DNA of 64,000 nucleotides. Origin: Octopus bimaculoides (lineage: Eukaryota). This document shows positions 12,451 through 23,369 of this stretch, piece after piece (the first letter of the stretch is position 1; each line of letters begins with the position of its first letter). The stretch lies in contig NC_068983.1 in NCBI RefSeq assembly GCF_001194135.2, positions 80,682,450 to 80,746,449 of the forward strand. The letters run 5' to 3'. The position numbers and the translations under genes were made by a program. The notes under the pieces were generated by a model. That model saw nothing but the letters and a program-made list of their open reading frames with translations. It was not told the DNA's origin and did no database searches.

Positions 12451-13832
12451 TTTTTGGTGGGGTTATAATAAGAGTGGAAATATAATAGATTTATGTTACC
12501 TTTAAAATTATTGTTCAATTCAAAATCAGGATATTTCTGTACAACTATATCTTAAGGCTTATATCTCATACAAAAATATACTTTACAAGAAACCTTAAAA
12601 ATCTACTCTTGATTTTACTGCTATCCAATAATCACATTATTAAAATACACCTTTTATAGACATACAAATTTAATACCTCACAAATCTTTTAAATTAATTG
12701 TCTTTACTTTATGTAAAAAGTAAGGTTTTGATTTCTTGAACAAAAATCAATGATGGTATTGTATTTATAGTGCTGCCCATTTAGCATTATTGTTCACATT
12801 ATTTTTTCATTTTCCATTGTACATTCCAAATCAGTTTACATTATCTTTATAAATGAAAAAATTAAAATATAATTCTAAGTATTTGATAAATATATTTTTA
12901 AACATAAAATGATTTGCTTTTGTGAAGTTGGTGCTGATCTTAATCAAAGAGAAATGAAAATTATATATTGTAGTATGATTTATAAGAGTTGTATTCTTAT
13001 AAAGTATCAAACTGGTATCACATGTTACATTTCCCTAAAAGAAAACTTGATATTCTGGTAGTTGGTAGATTTTGGTTGAGTATTGTCTTTTAAATACAAT
13101 GCTGAAAGGCAAAAATTTGCCTGAATATTGAAAGTTATGTTCATTTCTAATCAATTCACTGTATTTGAATCAATAGCCTCTGCCTGGACAGTAAAGTTTA
13201 TAGTTTTAAATATTTTTCTTCAAATACATATATAGGAAGAATAGAATAAAATTCACATGATGTATATTTAAACTGATGCTTTCTTTGAGTGTAAATCCTA
13301 CACTGATCATATAGACATACATATGTATGTGTGTGTGTGTGTGTGTGTGGTCTATTTATTTGCATTTTTTAAAATACAAATAGAATATCTAAATGAAAAC
13401 ATTTGTTTTCTTAAAGCAGCTAATGTTCAACAATCTTGTACTTTTACTTAGTCATTTTTCTTTATTACTTCAGCAAGCACAGAAAAGACTATCCTTTACT
13501 GTTGAGATCAGAAAAAGACAAAATATGTCTGGAGTCACCTGCTGTTCTTACTGAACAGTGAATGATAATGATATAAGCATAAGGCTTATATCATAATGTT
13601 GGTATTATCATAATGTATTTTTCTCATTACACACACACACACATCTATGGTTATCACTAGCCACTGCAAGGATGATTTTCATCTGTTTCTAATGATATTG
13701 CATTTTTAAACACAGCTCATCTATAAAAGATACTATTTCTAGATAAACACCACAATAAATTTCACACTGTAATATATTTAGTATGATATAAACATGTGGT
13801 TATTTTAATCTAATACTGCTTCTGTTGCATAT

Positions 13833-13998
13833 AACAAATATGTAGGTTTGGCTGTGAGGTGGAGACGCTTGGAGGTGTTTGTTTTCCAACCACATAGCTT
13901 GGGGTTCAATTGCACAGCAGGGCACCTTGAACAAGTGTCTTCTCCTATAGCCTTGGACCAACCAAAGGCTTGTAGACAGAAACTAAAAGAAGCTTGTC
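13833..13998 (+). mobile_element. Family 2 SINE, 5' half
   Basis: GGCACCTTGAACAAGTGTCTTCTCCTATAGCC...AACTAAAAGAAGC. Confidence 0.7.
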
Positions 13999-14560
13999 AT
14001 ATCAATCTCCATGTTAACACAGACAAAACAGAATACTTAAATCAAGATGCTACAATCAGAACAGTATCAGATACACTGCTCAACTGTGTTGAAGAATTTA
14101 CTTATCTGTATAGTAAACTCTCTAGCAGGAAAAATGATGTAAACACAAACATTGGTAAAACCCAGGGTGCTACTGACAAGTTGTTTCCAGTGTGAAAATC
14201 TAAGCTTTCAGACAACATCAAAAGGATCCTCTTCCAAGCAACTGTTATCGCTGTTCTGTTGTATGGCTACTCAGCATGGACTCTAATCTCAAAACAAGAA
14301 AGAAGATTGGATGGCCGCTATACTCACATGCTAAGAGTAGCTTCGAATGTCCAGTATTAGACATCATCAAAGAGTGTAGTCAAACTCACAAGGCATTGCT
14401 GAAGAGCTAAAGACATAGTTGTCAGTGAAGTTTTTTGTGGGATCTTACACAAGGAAGAGCTAGGAGGAGATGGAAAACCAAGACCTGTATCAAGTACATG
14501 TGTGATGACATTAACTACGTCTCTGACCTGTTGAATATGATGAACAATAAAATTGGATGG
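13995..14560 (+). mobile_element. Decayed RTE LINE, RT C-terminal part
   Basis: INLHVNTDKTEY...VEEFTYL...FQATVIAVLLYGYSAWTL...RRLDGRYTHMLRV, with stops. Confidence 0.8.
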
Positions 14561-14574
14561 CAACATGCAAGCAG

Positions 14575-14770
14575 TATGATGATGATGATGATGATGATGA
14601 TGAGGATGATGATGAGGATGATGATGATGATGAGGAGGAGGAGGAGGATGATGATGATGATGATGAGGATGATGGTGGTGGTGGTGGTGGTGGTGATGGT
14701 GTCTGTCTGTCTGTCTGTACATTTTTGTGTGTGTGTGTCTGTGTGTGGATGTGTGCCTGTGTGTGTGTGT
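14575..14770. repeat. Compound (GAT/GAG/GGT)n and (GT)n microsatellite
   Basis: Seen directly. Confidence 0.95.
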
Positions 14771-14850
14771 AAAATAATAATGATAATAATTGAGTCTTGC
14801 ATTGATTTTGACATATGAAGGCCTAAGAACATTTTTGTTCTTATTTTGTT

Positions 14851-14943
14851 TTAGCTTTGATGTCTGCGTAACTGATGAGAATTTAATCCACCCAGTGATT
14901 CACAGACAAACCTGCAAACTGGACACAAGAAAGGATTGTTATA
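14851..14943 (-). pseudogene. Isolated C2H2 zinc-finger coding remnant
   Basis: YNNPFLCPVCRFVCESLGGLNSHQLRRHQS*, pattern C-x2-C-x12-H-x4-H. The GL.SH..RH motif resembles the RTE-borne fingers at 49949-50260. Confidence 0.45.
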
Positions 14944-15169
14944 CTAAGTGGATGACAAGTTAATTTGAAACATTGTCTTTGCTCTCAGTTGTTTAAGGTA
15001 CATATATGTGTGTGTATGTGTGTTTGTGTGTGTGTGTTTGTGTGTGCACACGCATGTGTGTATGTGTGTGCATGTGTGTATGCATGTTTGTACCGTCTTG
15101 ACTCGATACATGTAGTAGTTGTAAATGAGTTTCACCATCATACAAACAACATTATTATTTATTTCCTGT

Positions 15170-15355
15170 TTTCTGTGAAAACATGTCTGGCCATAAGAAA
15201 ATATTGCTTTGCATGGAAACAGATAAGGGTTGATGACAGGAAGGGCATCCAACTATAAAAAAATCTGCCTCATTAAATTCCATTTGACTCATGGAAGCAT
15301 AGAAAAATGGATGTTAAAACAATTCTGACAATGATGACAACGATGTTGATGATGA
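15170..15355 (+). mobile_element. RTE-type 3' tail fragment
   Basis: GGGTTGATGACAGGAAGGGCATCC...GGATGTTAAAAC followed by a (GAT)-like tail. Confidence 0.6.
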
Positions 15356-15384
15356 TGTGTATATATACACACACTCATACACAT

Positions 15385-15432
<48 letters not shown>

Positions 15433-16640
15433 CACAAAAACCACAATTAGTCATATACACCATACACATGAATGCATATTATACACAAATATATATGGCA
15501 TGTTAATTTATTCAAGTTCAGTTTCAAGTTTGCTTTGAACAGTTGCTATCATAGTAGAATGTACAGACATTACACACATATATCCAGTATTATAATACGG
15601 TAACATAGACCATTAAATATTTTACTGTTTCCTATATAATCCATGTTCGTCTTGTTTGTATACACAAGCATGTTCCTGTGTGGTCTATACTTATAATATG
15701 GCTCTGTCTTCCACCTTCATTGCAGTGAGAGAAGACAATGTGCTTTCTACCTTAAGCAATAACCTACCTGGAGTTTTGTTAAGCTTAATTAAATTGAATG
15801 CTTTTTATTCATTCGAATGGGGGATCACAAGTGAAACCTCTACATTTATAAAAAATTTTCCTGCTGTCTTTCAGTGACAAAGATTATAAACAACTCTCCA
15901 AAACATGTCCAGATTTAGAAACTAAAAACTTCATGTCAAACATTGTGCGAAATTATATTATTGAATGGAATTTGATCATCTACAAGCTCATTTTGAAACT
16001 TTCTATCCTCATATATGAAACTAAAACAAACAAGCAAATAAATGGATAAATAAAAACAAAAAAAAAAATCACTGTAACTTTATAAAAAAATAGAGCAGTG
16101 AAAAGAAAGAAATAGGAAAACTTAGCTTTCACTCTTTGAGAAATAATGAATGATGTATTCCTTAGGAATTCACTTGTAGGTAGTATTTTAAGAGACTTTC
16201 TAATAGTTTTTATGTAAAGAGCTTTGGAAAACTTATACTTATTTGAATCTAAAGCATTACCTTCATTGAATAATCTGTTCATCGTAGTTTTAGTTATAAT
16301 CCCAATGAAAATGGCTGAATAGCTGAGTTGATTTTCTTCATCTTTGGTATCTATTTTATAAATTTACTCAAAAGATTAAGAACAGAATGTAATTCACTGT
16401 CTAACAGGTGAATCAATAAGTGTTCTCTTCTCAAATCAAGTTGAAATTGGTGAAAGATAATAAAATAGTAAATATCTTTTTGGCAGCATGATAAAAGAGC
16501 AAATATATCTTTAAGACAGGATTTGAAAGGAGCATCTTTGAGGCAATTAATCTGGGAGGTTTATTAATACAAACTATGTAAAATACTCTGCAGTGTATCA
16601 ACAAGCAGAATTACCATCAGAATTATCATCATTTCATTAA

Positions 16641-16866
16641 TCCTTTAGTATCTAAACTTGCCATGTCTGGCTCAAATATTCTACCTGTTTTATGTTCAAA
16701 TCAGCTAGTACTGGCCTGCCACACCTACTCTACAATGTCATTCTAAATTAAGCAATCACATATTAGCAATCATATTATTGAAATCTCAAAGCTACAAGAA
16801 AATGCATTCAAAACAATGTGAATGAATAAACATTATATTTGACAGAGTAATCTGAATGCTAAAGTG
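16641..16866. mobile_element. piggyBac-like MITE
   Basis: TTAA-TCCTTTAGTAT ... AATGCTAAAGTG-TTAA: TTAA TSD plus TIR. Second copy at 59102-59321. Confidence 0.75.
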
Positions 16867-17207
16867 TTAAAACTGTTTCTAGGTTTACCCATCTTGCACA
16901 TACATTCATAAAAAATTTTCTGTACTCAGTTGCATAAAAGCATTAAAACTCATCTAACAGATCAATGTAAAAGTCTTCTAGGTTAAAACTACATATATTC
17001 ATAAATTTGGCTGAAACAAAAGAAGCGAATTAAGTTTTAGATAACAATGCAATGTGATTAGTAATACATTATACTGTGGAACTTGTCTAAATGAACCCTT
17101 CTTTGACATACATCGGAATCAGCTGAAAAACAGTTTGAAACAAAGGTTATAGAATGCCTTTGGCAATGCTCTGCAAAGAGTATAGAGAATCATAAAGTTT
17201 TTGATAA

Positions 17208-17645
17208 AGGTGCAGGTGTGGCTATGTGGTAAGAAGCTTGCTTCCCAGCCACATGATTCTAGGTTCAGTTCCACTGCATGGCATGTTGGGTTAGTATTTT
17301 CTTGTATAGCCCCTTGGGCTGATCAACTTCTTGTGAGTGGATTTAACAGACAGAAATAGAAAGAAGCTTGTCATATATGTGTGTATGTCTATGTATGCAT
17401 GTATGTGTGTGTGTGTGTGCACCTTTACATCTGTGTTTGTCCCCCACTACTGTTTGACAACCAGTGTCGGTATGTTTACACCCCATAACTTAGCAGTTCA
17501 ACAAAAGAGACCAATAAAATAAGTACCAGGCTTAACAAAGAAAATAAAAAATAAGCAATCAGGTAAATTCATTTGACTAAAATTCTTCAAGGTGGCACCC
17601 CAGCATGGCCGCAGTCTAATGACTGAAACAAATCAAATATAAAAG
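17208..17645 (+). mobile_element. Family 2 (CORE-like) SINE, full length
   Basis: tRNA-like head GGTGCAGGTGTGGCTATGTGGTAAG...GGTTCAGTTCC, internal (TG)n, tail ...GACTGAAACAA. Confidence 0.85.
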
Positions 17646-19099
17646 ATAGGGGAGAATTTCTGAAATACAGAATTTCTGAAATAAAGTAATTTTCTGCCAA
17701 ATACATGAATACATGAAGAAACAGCAAAACCTGGAAATTCCTACATAATGCAGAAAGGTCGACAGGTATGTTATTCGACATACCTATATTCACTACTCCA
17801 TTTACTGGAGCTTTTTTAAGAAGCAAAATTATGACAGATCTCCTCAAAATATACAAAAAAATATTAATCTATTGATGCCTTATTTATAGTTTTAGTTTAT
17901 GTAAAATTAATAAATGAAAAGAAATTAGCCTCCCGGTAATAAAGAAAAAGGGAATTGCATCAAATATAATTAATCAAGCAATACAAGGGAAATTTTTTAA
18001 ATAGATTAATAGAAATAGGCAGTTTATGAATGATTTGTTGCTAGCCTTTAGCTCACCCTGATGAAAAGCTAAGCAAGGAATTTAGTTGACACATCAGTTG
18101 ACACATTAAAGATGAAAACTGCCATTGTTATATTTAGTCATTAGTCTTAAGTATTTAGTGATTTTATGAAAATTCAAGTAAAAGCCTGACTTGTATAACA
18201 GCATTGGTAAAGTTATGTTAAAATTTTAGAAGTGTCATGTTAAAATCTCAGGTTATTAAAATATAAAATTTGTTACTAGAATACAGGGCAATGACAGAAT
18301 TTGTAACACCTGTTATGTTTTGACTGGAATAATGTAGAAAATATGAAATATGATACTGAAACATTCCGGTACTCAATGAGATTGAAAGTTTTTGAAAAGA
18401 ATATTCTTTAAGAGACATAGAGAAATAAGGAAAATATTTGTTTAAAACAAAGAAAATTAAGTAAATATTTAAAGAGGAAAATGACTTGAGCGCATGTATT
18501 ATTTTAAAATCCATTGTTATATTTTAATTACTTATTTTAATTACTTATAATTAAAATGTTACAGTCTAACAGCATCATTCTGATTTGTGCAGAAATTTTT
18601 CACTTTTATATAAGAGTGACTTTGCAAAACAAAGTTTAATTTAGTTCCACAAGTTTTCAACTGGAAAACAACTTGCTGAAAGGTGCTAATGTAAGATGAT
18701 TTACTTATGCTGATGTTTTCAATCATTGCATCCAGAATAAAGGGAATCATTAAAAATATTGTTTTGTAATTTAAAATTTAGGCACAATTTCGATAAAAAT
18801 GTTATTAAATAACATGTCAGCTAAAAGCTAAATGACAAAATTCAATTTACGATATTTATAAGTTTGGTTTTAGTTCTTAGAAATCTTAGCTGTACTTATT
18901 CTCTCTTGAGATATGTTTTAGTTGCTGAAATACATAAAGTGTGTTTAGAATATTTTCAATAGAAAGTGTGTTTAATTAATTATTTGTGAAATAAATTGCA
19001 ATTACACTTTGTGTACAAAATATACTTAGAGATGTTTTACAGGAGACAGAGATAATTTAGAGCTTAAGCTTTTTTTAACATTTACTACATATTTAGGAA

Positions 19100-19997
19100 A
19101 TTCTGTCTAAAGGGTGAGTTTGTGGAGTTGTTAGCTAACTCCTCCTACATCGGTTTATCGATTTTGATGAAACTTGACACGTGAGTAGAACTCATGTCTG
19201 GACACCTCATGGCATACTCAGATTGTTGAAAAAGTCAATAATAGGGCCCCTCGAAGGGATCTTTATATATATCTAATATATTTTATTTTAAGAGCCAAGG
19301 GAAATAACCCATTCGCCCCTGAAAGGGATCCTTATATATAGCCAAGGGAAGTACACCATTCATTTTTCTAAATTATTTGGTAAAAATGAAATTGAGTATG
19401 TTTATTTCTTAGTATTTGAACTGTTAGAGTTATTTTCGCAATTTATCCAGTACAACCCTTAAACAAGTAAATAGCATTTTCCTGAACAATAGATCCACTT
19501 ATTTCGGTTAGTGACTTATTCATGAATATACCAACACTAGCGTCCCTGAGGGTAATATTCTCTGGGAAGGCACAAAAGCTCTTTTCAGAGTTATTTAATT
19601 TGAATTGTTTTTATCTCATATCTGATTTGCCTGTTATTATGTAACATGCTTCATGATTTTAGTATATGTACCCTATTAGCATTTCCTCCTATGTTCTATA
19701 TACTTTAGGAACACATTAAAGCCCTTTTGGGGGCTACTTTATTTGAATTCTTACTATTGGGTAACTAATTTCATGTTATTACATAACTGACTTTACAATT
19801 TGGGTATTAATAACTCATTGGGAATTCCTAAAAGCAAGATCCTGTGTAAGACAGTTCTGTATTCTCTGTAAATAAAAAAAAACCGTTTTAAGGACTACAT
19901 ACTTTGTATTGTTGTTATTGGATTAAAAAAACAATTATGAGAGTGGAACCAAGGGATAATCTCCACTTTCCCGGGAATTACCGGGTACGTCAGCTAG
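19100..19997 (+). mobile_element. Non-autonomous Helitron-like element
   Basis: Canonical 3' end: hairpin CCCGG-GAATTA-CCGGG (19970-19985), then CTAG (19994-19997) followed by T. The 5' end is approximate. Confidence 0.55.
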
Positions 19998-20453
19998 TAT
20001 ACAAATATTTCCTATTACTAGTACGATTTCAGAGATGCCAGTAAAGGAACCAATGCATAAACAAGCAGTTTCAATATACAACAACCTACAAATTATGCTA
20101 TATAATGTACCAAGTGCTTTCTGGAATGGTAGTGACACAATGTTGACTTATGAATTAACTTATAACTCAGTGCATTCTGATACATTAATGTACCATCTAG
20201 TAATACTTCTTTATGTTTTTAGCTTACTGTTAATATTCAGAAATGTTATTATTACTGGAAGAATTATGTTTTAACAGGAAAATATATCTATTTTATAAAA
20301 TATTCTGAAGGTAAGCAATGTAATTTCTTCAGATTGTACTAATTATTGATCAATATAAAAATGCAATCTAGTATTTTAAAGATACAAAATCAGTGTATAC
20401 TTCCATGTATAATTATTTTTCTTATAAGGTTTATAATGTTGAACTCACAAAAA

Positions 20454-20995
20454 AATGCCCTTCCTAACGCCAACCACTCCGAGAGTGTAGTGGGTGCTTT
20501 TACGTGCCACCAGCATGAGGGCCAGTCACACGGTACTGGCAACGGCCATGCTCAAAAAGGTGTTTTTTAAGTGCCACTTGCACGGGAGCCAGTCCAGCAG
20601 CACTGGCAATGACCTCGTTCAAATGATTTTCTAATGTGCCGCCAGCACAAGTGCTAGAAGGTAACGCAGGTAACGACTACGCTCAAATGGTGCTATTTAC
20701 GGGCCACTAGCACGGAAGCCAGACAGCTGCTCTGGCAATTAATATGTTTAACAGTGCTGTTAGTGCTCCACTGGCGCAGGTGCCAGTCATCGAGTATGGT
20801 TCAATTACGATTTCTCTTGCCCCAACAGGTCTTCGCAAGTAGAGTTTAGTGTCCAATGAAGGATAGGTTGGCATGGGTACCAGTCGTCAAATTTGGTTCG
20901 ATTTCGATTTCAGATTTCAAATATCAAATTCCAAATTCCAAATTCACTTGCCTCAACAGGTCTTCGCAAGCAGGGTTTTTAGTGTCCAATGAAGT
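20454..20995 (-). mobile_element. RTE 3' UTR fragment with a ~60-bp tandem array
   Basis: Reverse complement of the 52540-52975 and 60073-60570 sequences. Confidence 0.85.
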
Positions 20996-23230
20996 AAAGA
21001 TACGAATTAGTGAGCTGGCTACACTTCTGGCAGAGGTCACAGATTATGCCCTCACTTGCCTTGCCGAGTCTTCTCACGTACTGCACTGAATATATTTCAC
21101 AGATTCCCACCGAAGTTAAGAAATGCTGTGGTAAATTGTCAAAAGATTTCTTGATACATTTCAAAGCTGGTTTCTAACATTATTCCACTCTGTCATATAT
21201 CATTCATTTGTAACATAGATTCAAACCAGGGGTGTATATCCCAGGTGTGCAAGGTGAGTTGCTGCGCACCCATCAAAAATGGCAAATTATTCATTAATTT
21301 AATCATAAATCTGAATGGAAAACTTTTGTTATACTCTTGCTTGAAATTTGGTGGCATTGGGTGTGGTAGCACACCCAATAAAACAACCACCATATGCCTC
21401 TGATTCAAACCAATTTAAACATTTCTGCAATATGGCTGCAACAAAGTATCTCAAGGGAGTGTTATGCATACTAAATACACAGTATTTATTTTAGGGAATC
21501 AAATAACTTTTTAGGAATGCTGGAAATCTAAAGACAACATGTAAAGGAGATAACTCAACCAAGATCAAGAGACCAAAGATGATTGGAAAATATTGATAAG
21601 GCATACGAGAATGGGTCTTGTCATTAAAACTAACTGGTGAAAGCAGCAGATATGTTTAAGCTTTACTAGTCCTCTTCAGTGGAGCATATTCTATTCAGTT
21701 AGTATGACTTAGAAGTTATTGAAATGTTATCATTCTTCCTCAGTTGTTTGAACTAGAATACTTGAAATACGTTAGTTGTGATTAGCAGTATGACACTTTA
21801 ATTTGTATTTTATATTAATTATATATTCTGTCGAACCTATGTCAGCTTGGAAGATGAATGATGATGATGATGATGATTTAATTATAAATTAAAAGTCGAT
21901 GATGATGTTGATGATGTTGATGATGATGATGATGATGTTGATGATGATGATGATGGTTATAAATTATTTTAATTTGTTTTTAAATAAAATAATACATGAG
22001 AATCTTTCATAATTAATGAACAGCTTGTTACTTCTTGTACCACTAATAATATAGATTCTTTGTTAGTATTTTATAACACCTGCATTGTTTACATAAAACA
22101 ATTTGTTCATTTCTCACACATTATGACATTACTTGAAAGAAATAACTTTCTTTCTATTTTTTTTTTTTTTTTTAAATTTTTACATGTAGAAAATTTTCTC
22201 AGGGATGCCTTCTGCATGAAGAATATTTCAGTAAATGCCGGCCAATATACTTCATGTAGTGAAACAAAAAGAAGTTCTTTTAAAAATGAAATTCAAATTT
22301 ACAAGCCTGATTTTTGTTAAGTACAATGATGATTCTAGACATGTTAAGGTCTTATTACATCTCCTCAGTGGCTCTCCTGCAACACTAAAGGTGCAAGTGC
22401 AGAAACAGAATCTGTTGCTTCTCTCATTTCTCTAGAACAAATAGGGATTTTTCACTGCTTGTTCGTAACTCACACCAGTGGTGGACCTACAATATTGGGG
22501 CCTTAAAGCTTAAAATGTTATGGGGGTGGGGCTATACAACCAGAAACAGTAGGATAACACCCAACAAAGGTTAAAGAATTTTCTTGTCCTTGCAAGAACT
22601 CCAGCCATGAGGCCCTGATAGCCCAAATGGTGAAGTGGTTCTGTGGAGTCCTTAAAGATGAGTCTGACAGTGAGCCCTTTTTCCACCAGAAACAAGGGGT
22701 GGGTAAGCACCAGCATCTTTGTCGACGTGGTTGTTCCATGGCAGATCACCACAATTTTCTTTACAAATATAAGCACTACATTTTAGATTGTGATTCTCAA
22801 AGTCAATGGTGTAAACAAATATTTTCCACACTATGCCTTATACTTTTAGAGTTATGGGAGTTGAAAATAAGGGAAGTATTATATACATGCATGATGCAAC
22901 ATAGAATAAAGACATAAAACATAACAAATACCACAGTTGATATAATCTAATATTAATCTTATATTTAAGATATATTGAAAATGACAAAATACTCTTTTTT
23001 TCTATTTTTTTATAGCAACGCATTCCTTTACAGTTTTGTCATATGAGAGCTTCCTTGCAATATCATTTCCTAGAGACAATATGCATAAGGAATTTAAGCG
23101 CTCTTCAATCATGGTAGACCGAAATTTATTCTTTATAACGGAAAGCTTTGAGAAATTCCTTTCTGCTTCACAGCACCTGGTAGGCATTGACAAGTACAGC
23201 TTAAGTACAATGGTAATATTAGGGAACACT

Positions 23231-23369
23231 CAAATTCCACTGAGGTCGACTTTGCTTTCATCCTTTCGGGGTCGATAAAATAAGTACCAGTTGCATACAG
23301 AGGTCGATCTAATCGACTGCACCCCCCCAAAAAAAAATTTCAGACCTTGTGCCTAGAGTAGAAAAGAAC
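23231..23369 (+). mobile_element. 5'-truncated family 3 SINE nested in the hAT ORF
   Basis: Nin-like motif. Near-perfect 13-bp TSD ATTAGGGAACACT (23218-23230) / ATTAAGGAACACT (23370-23382). Confidence 0.9.

Larger units (their letters stand above)
15690..18750 (-). mobile_element. Ancient decayed hAT transposase remnant, interrupted by a MITE and a SINE
   Basis: Collinear minus-strand motifs: FNLEDFYIDL, ARWVNLET, LIHLLDSELHSVLNLLSKF, IDTKDEENQLSYSAIFIGIITKTTMNRLFNEG...LKILPTSEFLRNTSF, LDMFWRVV, and the dimerisation domain LVIPHSNE*KAFNLIKLNKTP. No TIRs found; upstream limit uncertain. Confidence 0.75.

Noticed and set aside
9680-13560. Chains of exon-like islands (about 9690, 10490, 11690, 12340, 13475) that can be spliced in phase on either strand
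   Set aside because: Donors are weak, both strands give equally good chains, no protein is recognisable, and similar islands elsewhere turned out to be TE fossils. Open frames of 30-57 codons are expected by chance here.
14357-14832. Long low-complexity ORFs (poly-H/D/M/I/V/C/R and similar) across the ORF track
   Set aside because: They are translations of microsatellites or N-gaps.
18040-18095. CTGATGA-containing motif (CCCTGATGAAAAGCTAAGCAAGGAA)
   Set aside because: No GAAA core half and no supporting helices; too weak to call a hammerhead.
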